Source: Podarcis pityusensis
Lineage: Eukaryota
Direction: 5' to 3' (one strand)
Length of the DNA stretch: 64,000 nucleotides
NCBI GenBank assembly: GCA_964106645.2
Contig: OZ067038.1
Shown: positions 1 to 12,755 of the stretch, one piece after another
Numbering within the stretch: the first letter of the stretch is position 1
Layout of the letters: each line of letters begins with the position of its first letter
The notes under the pieces: model-generated
The model's database searches: none
What the model was told of the DNA's origin: nothing
The model's input: the letters and a program-made list of their open reading frames with translations, nothing else
Translations under genes and position numbers: made by a program

Positions 1-2251
1 CAGTATAAATTGCTTTCTAAAAAAAGGTCACCATTCTGCTAGTAAAGGCGTGATCCACTTTGACCTCAGTTTTACTGTGTCCTCCCAGTTTATAAGACAG
101 AACATAAACCCATCTGCGTAGAAAGCACCAGTGGAGTGACCAGATTTTTGTACGAAGAGCAGCACACAGGTTGAAGTTGAACTGCTGTCTTTTATTACTG
201 GTCCCTCATAAATACCAAGAGATATTAGATGTCAAAACATTGACAACACCAAACTGCAATTAGGGATAGGTGAATCTGTCGATTTTGGTTTCTTACGTTT
301 TTGTTTTCTTTCCCCCAGTCTTAAGTTCATTTCTCCACATTTCCACTTTATTTATTTTTAAAAGTCATCATAAATAAAATGCATAAACTGAGATTAACCG
401 GGCTGCAACCTTGCTTTGAACAGAGCTTGAGTACCCAGCACACAAAAAAATACAAATTGTGCAATCTTCTAAGATCTATACATCAAGGTGGCCAAGTAGA
501 ATGATGGTTGGCCACTGAGAGGACAGGATGCTGGACTAGATGGGCCATTGACCTGATCCAGCAGGCTCTTCTTAAACTTCATAATCTAAAGGCTATTCCC
601 CTTCATCTATAAAGTCATTGAACAAAGTATTAGTATATTCATTTGAAAGTTCATTTGCATCTGAGGTGTGTGTGACTTTCAAGCTTTCCCCACAGCAACA
701 TAGATGTAATTAGATTTAAGAATGAATTCAGTAGTTTCTTAATTAGCCAAACGACGGAGCATTCTAATTGTTTGTGCATGTAGGCACTGGGATGAAAAGA
801 AATTGCTTTTTCATAAGAACTGAATAAAGATATGGCTCTGTGGGGAACACACCATTCAACCGTGGGAGGGGGGAACACAGAGAATCTGTAAAAAACAAAT
901 GCAATGCCTGTATTTCAACAATGTACAAGCTTAACAAAAAGATAAAAGGACCCAATCCAGAGAAGCAGTAGAAAGTGGTGTACACAAGTAGAATCTGGGA
1001 ACATATGCAGTGAGAGGAGGACACTGACAAAATACATAGCCATTCACATCTGATCCCAGCATTGAATTGAAAGCTATAGTGCACTCAGTTTAAATCTAAT
1101 AACCTACACAAGTACTGTTCCTTCTGCGTGCACAACACGTTGTGATTTACATGTAGAACATTAGATGGGATCCATCCTATATGTCCTGCTTTCCAGCCGC
1201 ATGCTACCCTTCCCTACATGACCAAGTTTCTTTCTTTTTTGAAAATTAATATTAGGTAGAGAAGGACAGCTCCAGGTTGGACACCACTGATGGGATCCCC
1301 ACCGACCTGGCACTGGTCTGCTGATATCAGGTGCTTGCATCAGCACTGATGTACAGTACAAAACTGCAATTTCAGCCAAAAGTTAGACCAGGTCCAAGAA
1401 AGAACTAAGGTATCTGGTTTAGACAGCTAGTATGATTGCCTTGGCGAGCCTTCACTTTGGCTCACAACTGTGTTGGCATGACCAAAGTTGCATTAGGGGT
1501 ACCTACTTCTCAATTATCTTCTTTTCTGAACTTTTACATTACCTGTTGGACAGACCTGGGGAAGCTGGGTTGTAACAATGAGAATAATGTGACTATTTCA
1601 GTGTCAAAAGAATGTTAAATGCACGCACTCTATGTAACTGATCTACAGGCGTGGGGTTCACTTTAGACAGGAATCTCACCTAGGTGTAAATTGAAAGGAT
1701 GAGCAAAACAACAGGTGTTCATTTCAGGTATCCTGTCAGACCAGGAAACTATATGCTGAACCTTCGTTTACAAGTAGATGATGTATTCAAGGGGCTATTT
1801 CAGAAATAAAATCCTCTCAACGTACATGCTGTCATGACCTTTCAGATATAAACTAGATTTTCCCACCTAAAAGCTGCATTTTCCCACCTGGTTCTGTCTT
1901 CTTTTTTGAGCCCATCCACTTATGCATCACCAAACCCTTCATTTTACATCTTTAGACTCCTTCTTAGTTCCTACTCATCTGCAAAATTTTAAGATCAGTT
2001 TTTTGCAATGTTTAGCTTGCTCCAGTCATTTTCTGCTCCTGTTACACTGCTCTCAAGAACCAGTCCTATCATCTTCCATTGTGCTAGGATTGCTCTATTG
2101 AAAGCCAGCATAAGTAAAACTTTGCTCCTATCACTATACTCTTGGGTTTCCATGATGAAGGGTTATTCTCAAACCGCTTTGTTTCCTTTTGTTGATTAAG
2201 GCTCTAATTCATTTAGATTTAGGTGTATGTGAATGTATTAGTTATAAGTTT

Positions 2252-2330
2252 ATTGTTGTTAGCCGCCCTGAGCCCGGCTTCGGCTGGGGAGGGCGGGATA
2301 TAAATAAAATGTATTATTATTATTATTATT
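2252..2330 (+). mobile_element. L2 3'-terminal fragment, same family as 16567-17351
   Basis: TTAGCCGCCCTGAGCCCGGCTTCGGCTGGGGAGGGCGGGATATAAATAAAAT plus (TAT)n matches the reverse complement of ~16567-16645. Confidence 0.85.
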
Positions 2331-5300
2331 AAGTGCTGCCTGCATATCTCCATAAGGTCAATTCACATTAGTTAATCTGGCGGTTAGTTCTGTTATTCTT
2401 TTCTTCTAATAAACCTATCTGTGTGAGGATGTGTTTGTTGAATATATAAGGATTTGATTAGGGACACATTTGGAACAGTGCAAGGTTTGACTCCACACAC
2501 AAGATGTTGTTGCTCCCCAAAAAATATGCATTAGGTATTGTGGGGGGGGGGATGGACACACAGAGGGGTTTCCCATGTACATGTGCAACAACTTGTATAT
2601 AACACAGCCATGTTGTAGGTTCAAGGGTCAGGGAGATGCAATGCAGGGGGCGGGGAGCTTAGCATGCTCCTCCCCACTCTCCCTTCTCATGTGTAGCTTT
2701 TACATGCAAGCAGGACACCCATTATCAGAGACTGGTTTGGTGACCTGATTTCTATTCTCACCAAGAGAATTTTCCCAGAACATTAATGCATCCTTACAAC
2801 TATTCTCATGCTTTAGCGAACTTGTGCTTGCAAAGTTTATGACTGCCTCGGGCTTACATTATGTGTGTATATACACACATACATAAATGCAATGCATAAA
2901 TGCTTTTTTTCAGAAGCTATTCTCTTCAGCTTCTTCTGCAAATTTAGATAGGGCCAAATGCATTTCCAAGAGCACTGTTTCTTGAGATTCGTCCACATTT
3001 GTATTTATTTTAAACATTCTTCGTGAGGCAATATTCTATACACACACCAAGAAATGCTATGTGTATTTGTTCCAGTTTTTACTTTTGCTTAGCCGTTGTG
3101 TATTTTCATTTACAGGCTAAAAAACATTTGGTCCATTTCTGTCTCAGTGTTGTGGACATTTGTATTCCAAAGAGCTAATTACAGAGGTGACCTGAGGCTC
3201 TTGAAATGCATTATTAATGCATTTTCTTAGTGATGGAGAAACACTAATGTGAACCACTTCTTAGATGTTTGTTTGCCATGCTTCCTAGAGTGAATTAATT
3301 TGAGGGGAAAGGGGGGGTAGGGAGATTCAAAGAATCCTCTTCTACCATCACTCTATAGCACATGCAGCATCCAAGCAGCAATTCAGGGTCCTTATAGACC
3401 AACATCAGTGTCTCATCTATAGGAGCAGCTTGTAGAAGTTGTTGCAGTTGTTACCAGGGAAGAAGGGCAAGGTTTTGAGTAGATCAGCACAGTGTAAATA
3501 TGTTGGCAGGAGACCAAATCGGCTCCATTGGTGCCTTTGCATCATACCAACCTCACCAGCGCCTCATCTCTCCCCTTCTTCATTCTGGTAGCTGCCATGA
3601 GTCAGTCAGAGGAAGGTAAGGTTAGCAGGGTAGCCCCACCAAACAAGTACTGTTTGAATTGCAAAAAAAACAAAATAACAAAAAAGCTTTGGCGAGGATG
3701 ATTTTTTTAAAAAATAAATCATGACTGTTGCAGGGAAAGGAAGACTGCAACTCCACAACCCTACCACCATAGTGCCAAGACTGTCTGATGGTTACTATTT
3801 ACATAACAACAACAAAAATGTGCACACTAATTGCATTCATGGAATTACCATCAAATCTAGTTTGGACCTGTGATAATACTGATGCCAGTTCGTACAACAT
3901 TTCCAAGTGTTCACCACTGGATGATTGCAGCAGCCAGGGATGCTTTTAGTGTTCGAGTGACCCATCACAGCTAGAAATCCAAGTGGAGTTGATACATCAT
4001 TGAAATGCAAAGGCTTTCTAATGGTGCTCATTTACAGATTCAATTGATAGGGCATACATATTCATCAAATGCTGTACATATGTGTGAAGTGTAGCACAGT
4101 CGGAGAAGACTGATACAGAAGTGTGCGTGACTCTTCAAAGATAGCCACTAAATGACAAGTCCTCTAAAAAACTAAAAAACTTTGTGTGCCCTATCTTTCT
4201 GGATTGTGACCCTGCAGGAAAAGATCATCTTAGTGCTGGTTTTTGTAAGCCACTCTGAGAGCTTTTCTGGCAGAAAGGGAAGTGTATAAATGCCTAAAAT
4301 AATTAAATATATAAATAACACTCTGGTTAATGCTTACATATGCCCTTCTTGTTTACTTATTTAAAATTTTTATATGCTGCCATTTGTCAGAAAGGCCACA
4401 GGGTGTTTTACAACACAGTTTCATAATAACATAATATATGCACATAACATAAGATTCATAAAATACAAAAAAATATTAGAACATAAGCAATACATTATAC
4501 ATAACAGACAGCACTGCCAAATTATTCACAGTGTCAACTCAGCAATAAACTGCACTTTAAATTGTACATAGCCTTCTCATGATTGCATAGAATAGCCTGC
4601 TAGAATAAGTCCCCAAGTACTCAACTAGAATATCTTGCTGTATCAGAATATCATTATTCTGACTCACAGGTGCTGAAAACGGTCACTGAGTTGGTAATTC
4701 ACCTTGATTCTATTTGACTTTCAGTCCTCATGTACCTAAATTCTAGGCTTTTATTCTTCTCATGTATTCCCTTGTAATTCTTACTAACCTCCTGTCATTG
4801 TAGCTAAACGTATGTGTGCCTCTGAAGTGGTTATACAAGGTTTGAAATTTCAAAACCTTATATTTGGGGCATCCAAAACCTGTGGCAAACACTTGACCTT
4901 TGACCTGAAAGTCAAATATATGCAGTAAGCTATTGTACAGGTTTTTGCTTTCTGCAGAAAATAAGTAGAGATTATACAGAGAAATAGATAACCAGCCTGC
5001 AGGAAAATTCCCATTGAGTCAGGCTTGGAACCTTTCTGAAAGATCCAAAGCATTTTCATTAAAACTCGGAGAATAGATTTTACTTATTTCAAGTCCAGTT
5101 CTGAAACAAATCAAACTCTGTTCCACCCTCAGTGATATCACTGTGAGTGCATCAGAGTCTGATCCCTTTGCCAATTCCCGGCCCCCAAACCCTCTCCCAC
5201 TCATTCACTTACATGGCTAGCAGTGCAATGGAGTAAATATGGAGTCATTCTCCCCCCCAACACCCACTGATGCCTGACATGCTGTTCCAGAGCCAGCTCA

Positions 5301-5729
5301 TCACAGACTCCATTTTGCAGAGCTCCCTTCCTCCCCTCCATTGCCAGGGCTGCAAGGGAGGTAAGTGGGTGTGTGGACTGATGGATAGAACAAAGGGAGG
5401 AGGGCAGATGAAATGGAGGAAGGAAGGTGGGAGGAAAGAAGGAATATTTACGTAGTTTAAGTGGATGAAATTTTATTCTAAACTTGAGAAGAACTCAGCT
5501 GCTCATGTTGTATTTGAGGCGAGCATTATGAGCCGGTAAACATGAAAATTTCTATAGATTAAAAGAAATACTAACGGTACTCAGTGCCCTCCTCAGTAAT
5601 GTTCTGCTATACAATCCAGGAAGAATTACTGAAAGATAGGAAGAGAAAGAGAAGCTGCTGTGTCCTTTTGCTCTGTTCAACTGATGTCTTGTACTTGGAG
5701 GTGATGCTGGATTGGGGTTGGGCCAAGAA

Positions 5730-6150
5730 GCTGGATTCTCAATAGACAGATGTGTTGTGTATCCCAAGTTCTCATGTCTGGGAGGTGAGGACTGCTCTCC
5801 CCTGGAAGAAACAGTCCCATACTTTGGGGGTGCTCCTGGATTCAACACTGTCATGCCTCCAGCTGGTCTGCCATCTCTGTTGGACAGAGTTCAGAGGGCA
5901 TTCTCTGTGGCAGCCTCTAAGTTGTACCACTCCATCCCACGCAGTTGTATACTTAGTGCCTTCATTATACAGCTTTTGGCAAATGCTGAAAACAACCTGT
6001 TCACCTTGGCTTCTGACACTGAGGTGCATATTTTTAGGACTTGCCTGAATTTTGAAATTTTAAATTGCTTTAAACTGTTTTGAAACTATTTTAAATATTG
6101 TGTGATCTTGTGCTTTATTAATAATATTGAGTTAGGGTGAAGGGTGAGTG
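5730..6150 (+). mobile_element. Degenerate L2 fragment
   Basis: Remnant peptides LGVLLDSTLS and RAFSVAASKL in different frames. Confidence 0.65.
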
Positions 6151-7500
6151 ATAAATTGCAGCAGCAATAGCAATCATAAAAGGGTGGTGGCACTGACTGA
6201 AAAGTGACAATAAATGTGGCAGCCTTCTTCTGTACTAGCAGTCCCTCCTTTCAGCAAAAGCACACTATCCAAAAGAAGAATGCAATAAAATGAACTCCTT
6301 CCATTTCTGGTGCTTACTAGCAAGGGCTCACTGCAAGAGAAGTTTCATCTATCGATTAAAAAGTAGAATGGAATCTTCAAATACAGTGTGAACTAGTGCA
6401 GAACAAATAGTAGAACCATAGTGTCATTGTACAGTATAGCCAGACAATTTATTTGTTTCATGTCCTAAATGCAAAACAAAGTCTACATTCACATAGCTAT
6501 TATTCATTATTTATTAATTATGCATCACACCTTCAATACATTTCAACAATTACTCCAGCTTTAAAAGATGATGCTATCTATATTTGATAAGAGTGGGACC
6601 AAAGCTTACATTAATCGTATTTGTATCATTCTTCTAATTCCTTCAGCGTTAAAAAAAAATGCAGTCAACCATGCTGGCATCACCCTCAAGGATGTTATTA
6701 ATCAAATCTATTATTGTCAAATCTAAGAACACAAAGATCTGACAGAGTTATCATTTCACTAGCTTGCCTTTGATACCATCTACCCCCCTGAAGAAATGAA
6801 TTTAGAACAAAGGATTTATAATTTAACAGTATTCATAACTTCAAAACAGTTTTTTTTTTTTAATGACAGTCTAAGAGCTGCATGGGCCAAGGTGACTGAT
6901 AATCCATGCAGTCAACAGGGACCTGATATTTAGTGGAGTGGAGGAAAATTCACTTTTGGGGTGGGGTGGGGACTTCATTGCCCAGGTTCCAGTCTGTTGG
7001 AGAAACAACGCATTTACCAGCTTCCCTCAAGACCACGTCTGTTACATGTCATGAACAGTTTGTTTGTGGTTTAATTGTCTATTGCCTTGAACAGTTTGCT
7101 GCAAAGGGGACACAGAAGCTTTATGAACAAACAGACTATCATATTTATACCAGCCTAAAACCATGCAGTTTCAAAAGAAACACAGCGCCAAGTGTATCAT
7201 CACAATAGCCCACATAGGAACTGTGTAAATAGGTTTTGTCCAGATTTGGATGGTGCACTAGTTGTGCCTATTTCAGGTACAACTGGGCTTGGCCAAGTTG
7301 CATCTTTGACTACTGGGGCACCATCTATGTGGGCTGCCACTGAAAACCACTCATAAACTTCAGTTGGTGTATAATGGCATTACTAAAATCATGAGTAGGG
7401 CATATAAAATAATTCCATTAGATGCCTTATTTTTCTCTTTACTCCTTCTTACTTTGTTTTTCACTCAAGAGCAAAGAGTACTGCAAATTATCCAGATCAT

Positions 7501-7705
7501 TTGCACATATTTTTGCACCAGTTGTATTTTTACACACAAGAACTAACTTTTGCCCTCAAAACTGATAATGATAAGCTAACATTTTAGATGTATGAAAAAA
7601 CATATATTGCAAATATTTTTGCACCAGTTGTATTTTTACACACAAGAACTAACTTTTGCCCTCAAAACTGATAATAATAAGCTAACATTTTAGACGTATG
7701 AAAAA
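7501..7705. repeat. Tandem duplication, 106-bp period
   Basis: 7501-7599 and 7607-7705 differ at 3 positions by eye. Confidence 0.9.
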
Positions 7706-10667
7706 GCTTTGGTGATAAATATTGCCACTGTCATTTTTCTTTGCAATGCAAAATGTCAGTATCAGATAAAAAATATTGTGGCAGGGGAGGGGGGGAGTGT
7801 GAGTCATCCAGGAAAGTATAATATGAAATAATTTTGTTTGCTACACAACATGCCATTACTGATCTGCAACATTTTGCATTGGCTCAGATTTGGAATAAGG
7901 AATGATTTGACCTGAGTTATGAAGACGCTTCCAATTTCTGGCTTAAATTAGGGTATCTGCAAAAATGCCCCACATGGCTCAAAGTGTACTATAATAAAGA
8001 CTTTTAAGCCTAAAGTGCTATCCCCATCACCCCATGGCTATTTTCATTCACAGAATCACCTGCTGGTGGAATTTGCTTAGTGGCTCAGTGCTCTCTGTGT
8101 TATCATTCTCTGACAAACCCACAAGAAAACCCACATGGGAAATTAAAGCTAACCGCAGCTCATGCGTTTCCATTCCACTCTGCCAAATGACCTCCACTGT
8201 GAAGGGAGTAGGCAGCACGCACGAGTGGGAAAGATACTGACAGGGCTACGCAAGGAACACATAGGCCTAGGGGTCACTTGCATGGTGCCACAGCACCAGA
8301 AGAATGTGTGGGCTATAAGCCTCTAGAGAGGGAAGCTCTAGAGTTCCTCCACAGAGAGCTGACCACAAGTTTGGCAATATTATTTTTACTGGAGGGAAAC
8401 TTTCAGTTTTGAAAGCACTTGCCTTTCGCAAAGAAACAGAGGCCAATGCATTCAACCCCAACTGAACAAAGGGTGCATTAAACAATCAAGCATTTCTGAA
8501 CCTCTCCTGTTTTCATGCACATATAAAATCATATGCCTCACTAAAAGGTGTGTTATTCATTTACCCTGGAGGAGTTTCCAGCTCTATGGGAAATGCATCT
8601 TTCCCACTCTCCGGCTTCATGTTGTAGATGAGGTGCTGCTACCTCCCTGAATGAATGAATGAATGAATGAATGGACAATGGGAACTAGCACAAAGCTGCT
8701 CCTGAGAAAATCAGAGAAATGAGTCAAGCTAAGCTTATCCTTCACTAAGTATTGGGGTTTAAAAGTTTCGTAGCAGTTATAAATATTAGCATATTACTAC
8801 TAGGTAAATGTCAGACACTAATCCAGCAGCTGCAGAAATTAAAAATAAGGAAAATGGGGTGAGCAAGATGAACCTAGACCACTGAAAGGAGGCGTGGTTG
8901 TCTAGTAAATCAGGAATGGCTCACCAGATGCTGTAGTAAAAACTCCTATCAGCCTCAGCCAGCACAACCAATGATCAGGAATGATAGGAAGTGGAGTCCA
9001 ACAATTTCTACAGGGCTGCAGGTTTCCCCACCCCTGTAATAAATTAATCAGGAGCAACAAGAAGTACCAGGAGTAGCCAGCATGCTGGGATGGTGCCATG
9101 CAACGACCCTTCCAACAGTGGTCTCATTGCCACTTACTTGGGAGATGTGGAGGGTAGGGTGTGGTTGGAGGTGTGTGGGCACAATGTTGGGAGATTGGCT
9201 TCACCAGTGTGGCCACGTAGCCCTGACCTCACTGCTACCTTCCCCTGATAAGCGGCAGTGACACTACTATTGGAATGGTGGATCTGCCGCACTGCTCGGC
9301 TACACCAGGTTCTATTGAAACTACACTTCCCCAAGAAGCCAATGAAGGCTCCAACGATGCTCAGAAATCTCAGAGTGAGGAACAGTTTAGAGCATGGCTT
9401 TTTTCTGTCACAGTATTCACTGGCGCAAACTACCAGCACTCCCCCCCCCCCCCGCGCCCCCAGCAACCATTTGCACTGATACCCACAGCACTTCTATCAA
9501 TATGAGTGTCAACATATCTTTCTTTTTTACATACAAAAAAAACCACCCCTCACTGGTTTAAAGAGTAAAACTGTAGTGTTATTTTTAAAAATACATTACT
9601 CCTTCTTGTGAACCATGAGTCAGATTTAAACTTTGTCAGTGTCTAAATGACTTTAAAGTAGCCCTCCGTTTTAAGCTTGGCTGAAATTTTTCCACCTCTG
9701 CCCTCCCTTCCCCTCCCCAGAGAAGCTGGTAAATTTGGGAAATGTAAGGGGAGAGAACTTGGCAGATGGGTGGGCTTGCTCTGAGCCTGTTGCAAGCCAA
9801 GGAGAGAATTAATTTAGAAGAGGGTTGGGTCAGCTCATAATTGCTCTGGGATTTCTCAACTGTGATAATTCATTTGCAGCCCCACTTTCCTGCAAGTCTT
9901 GTCCATCTCAATGAAGCTAAAGCAAATATTCCAGTTGTGACTTTCTCCTTTGTCTCTCTCTATCTATCTATCTATCATCATCTATCTAAATCTCCCATGC
10001 AGAAATGGTGCAGTTATTGTGCTGTGGCCCTTAGTCACACAGCAAAATGTCCCAGATGAACAAGTGCCAAGTGTACAAGCCTATTTTTTCCTTTGATTCA
10101 AAACTGAACAAGAATTAACAGTCCAAATTATGTGCAGAGGTAGTACACAAGTACCTTTCCTTACCGATGCAATTTCCTTCCTCTCTTTTACTTTGTGAAA
10201 GGCACTATTCTTTGGAGGCCTTGGAGACAGCACCCTGCTAGAACTAATGAACAAATTCATGGAATGCAGACGTCTATTTCAGCAAGCCACTGAAGTGGAG
10301 AACAGTAATGATCAAATTTGAATCCTGCTTATAACACATCCTTTGAAATTTACAATAGATCGGATGGCTGATTTTGGCTTAGCCTTACATGATTTGAAAA
10401 AGGGGATAAAGGTATATAATTGCTTGCCTGTCCACCTGCTACGTACTCCAGATGCATGCTGTGAGGGTTCAATCAATTTGTTAATGTTTATAACGTCCTC
10501 TAAAAATTATGCTGCAAACTAATCTACTGTGCAGCCCTATCTCAATGGCTCTGTTTAAGTCTCAAGACCTCCACAGTGTGGCCCACTGAGTTGAGTACAG
10601 CCCACCAACCACATGTAGTGGTGTGCTGGTGCTTCCAATTTCCCCTGTTTTGGCAGTTTCACAAAGG

Positions 10668-10720
10668 CATCATCATCATCATCATCATCATCAACATCAA
10701 CAACAACAACAACAACAACA
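10668..10720. repeat. Compound microsatellite (CAT)n(CAA)n
   Basis: Direct reading. Confidence 0.95.
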
Positions 10721-10807
10721 GAATAGGCACCTGGTAGCCCCAAATATGTGGTTGGAAGTCTATGCTTGGTTTGTTCAATCATATGTGGTGCAAGCTATCT
10801 CAAATAA

Positions 10808-11040
10808 GAGACAGTGTGGTGTAATATTAAGACCATGAAGACCTAGGTTCAAATCCCCACTCAGCTATGATGAAGCTCACTCGATGGCCTTGGGCCCATC
10901 TCTGACTGTCGGCCTTGCCTATCATAGGACTGTTGTGAGGATAAAATGAGGAGGGAGGGAGAGAGAGAGAGAGAGAGAGAAAGAGAATCATATGTTCTGC
11001 CTTGAGGTCCTTGGAGGAACGATGGGATATGAATGTAGTA
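10808..11040 (+). mobile_element. tRNA-derived MIR/CORE-like SINE with (GA)n expansion
   Basis: Homologous to 21912-22145; B-box GGTTCAAATCC. Confidence 0.7.
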
Positions 11041-11302
11041 TCATAAACAAAATTGCTATTAAATTAAATGTTAATTATCTTGATTTAAAAGCATGCAAAT
11101 GTTATGCAAAGAGCTTATGTTTTGTAATTTAAAAAAGAATAAGATTGGGTTCATATGTCACTTGGCTTGTTTAACGCTCCTTACTGTATTCTAAATCGAG
11201 CACCCTTGTAGGATACACAGTGCTGGATTCTGATGAACATCCATGGAGAGATAAAAAAATTCCTTCCTGTAGCACCTTAAAGACCAACTAAGTTAGTTCT
11301 TG

Positions 11303-11340
11303 GTATAAGCTTTCGTGTGCATGCACACTTCTTCAGATAC
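11303..11340 (-). ncRNA. Minimal type I hammerhead ribozyme, inverted copy
   Basis: Exact reverse complement of 11353-11390. Confidence 0.7.
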
Positions 11341-11352
11341 ACAGATACATGT

Positions 11353-11390
11353 GTATCTGAAGAAGTGTGCATGCACACGAAAGCTTATAC
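11353..11390 (+). ncRNA. Minimal type I hammerhead ribozyme, copy 1
   Basis: GTAT-CTGAAGA-a-GTGTG(catg)CACAC-GAAA-GC-TT-ATAC: stem I GTAT/ATAC, core CUGANGA and GAAA, 5-bp stem II, palindromic AAGCUU stem III; predicted cleavage after 11386. Confidence 0.72.
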
Positions 11391-11530
11391 CAAGAACTAA
11401 CTTAGTTGGTCTTTAAGGTGCTACAGGAAGGAATTTTTTTATTTCGACTATGGCAGACCAACACGGCTACCCATCTGTAACTGGAACCATGGAAGGCACC
11501 ACATTGAGCCGCATGAAATGGAAGTCCTGT

Positions 11531-11568
11531 GTATCTGAAGAAGTGTGCATGCACACGAAAGCTTATAC
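11531..11568 (+). ncRNA. Minimal type I hammerhead ribozyme, copy 2
   Basis: Identical to 11353-11390; predicted cleavage after 11564. Confidence 0.72.
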
Positions 11569-12049
11569 CAAGAACTAACTTAGTTGGTCTTTAAGGTGCT
11601 ACAGGAAGGAATTTTTTTATTTCGACTATGGCAGACCAACACGGCTACCCATCTGTAACTGGATCCATGGAGAGAGTGATCAGTAGTTTTAGCTAAAATC
11701 TTTATTTGTGTCAGCCACAAGCCATAGCAAAGGACTCAAATACAATAAAATACAGATGTAGCTAGATGGTTGCTACTCAAAATGGGTTCTGAAAGTTTAC
11801 AACTATAAAAATCAAAGAGCTAATATACAAATTAAAAAACTAATACAAATAAATATATAAATAAAAGAGTCAGCTCTAATAAAGGCCTCTCACGATAAGG
11901 ACACTTGCTTTTTCTGGCGCACAATATCAGGTTTTCTAGAGAGTGCATATAATGCCCCCACCCCACCCCATGCACTATCGGACCCAAGGAATGGATGCAA
12001 TATTACTACTCACTTTACTTTGTTCACAATGATGAGGTCAATCAAATAG

Positions 12050-12755
12050 CAGAATATTTACCACACTGACCTCCTGTTTCCATAACCCAGGCCAAGAACC
12101 TCATCTCACAGTTAAAAAGTAATAAAGCACCAGGCAGAGACTACCTGCTCCCAGACCTACTAAAATCTCACACCGACTGGTGGGCTGCCCTGTTGTCAGT
12201 TATTTTCATTACGGTAATTGACTAGTCGGGAATAATGCCTGATGTCTAGGTCACAGCTATAATTATCCCTATATTTAAAAGGGGTTCAACATCTGACCCA
12301 GCTAACTATCATTGAATCAGTCTGTTATCTACAATTAGCAAATTATATGCAAAACAGCTCCATAATAGGTTGGTTGGGCTGGTTAACTGATGAAGCTATC
12401 CGTGCCAACAAGCAGCCAGGATTTAGACAAGGTAGATCCACCATAGACCACTGTTTTGTACTAGCCCATCTAATATGCTAAGAAACCTGGTGGTTATTTC
12501 GTTCTGGAGGTCTGTTCTTAACCTAAGGTACCACTTTAGCTAATGGGGCCTCCCGCTGCCACCACACGATTTCTGTTCTCATCCTGAAGCAAAGTTCTTA
12601 ACCCGAGGTACTATTTCTGGGTTAGCCGAGTCTGTAACCTGAAGCATCTGTAACCTGAAGCGTGTGTAACCGAGGTACCACTGTATGCATGTTCATTGAT
12701 GTGAAAGCAGCATTCGATTCAGTTTCTCAAGGAAGACTGTGGGACAAGTTGAATT
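12050..12755 (+). mobile_element. Degenerate non-LTR reverse transcriptase fragment (possibly RTE-X-like), interrupted by a MITE
   Basis: IIPIFKRGSTSDPANY, ISLLSTISKLYAK, QPGFRQGRSTIDH, FIDVKAAFDSVSQGRLWDKL, with stops. Confidence 0.75.
12497..12683 (+). mobile_element. Tc1/mariner(pogo)-type MITE, left end missing
   Basis: Homologous to 57909-58150; right TIR ...CGAGGTACCACTG followed by TA. Confidence 0.85.

Larger units (their letters stand above)
11251..11662 (+). mobile_element. Penelope-like element relic (inverted plus tandem pseudo-LTR segments, no ORF)
   Basis: 12-bp TSD ATCCATGGAGAG (11239-11250, 11663-11674); 93-bp inverted repeat 11251-11343/11350-11442; direct repeat with 178-nt period (11350.., 11528..); each repeat has a hammerhead core. 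Confidence 0.8.

Noticed and set aside
10555-10838. Poly-His/Gln and poly-Val/Asp ORFs
   Set aside because: Products of the (CAT)n(CAA)n microsatellite.
11230-11236. CTGATGA next to the Penelope TSD as a fourth hammerhead core
   Set aside because: No stem II-GAAA or stem I partner follows; likely chance.
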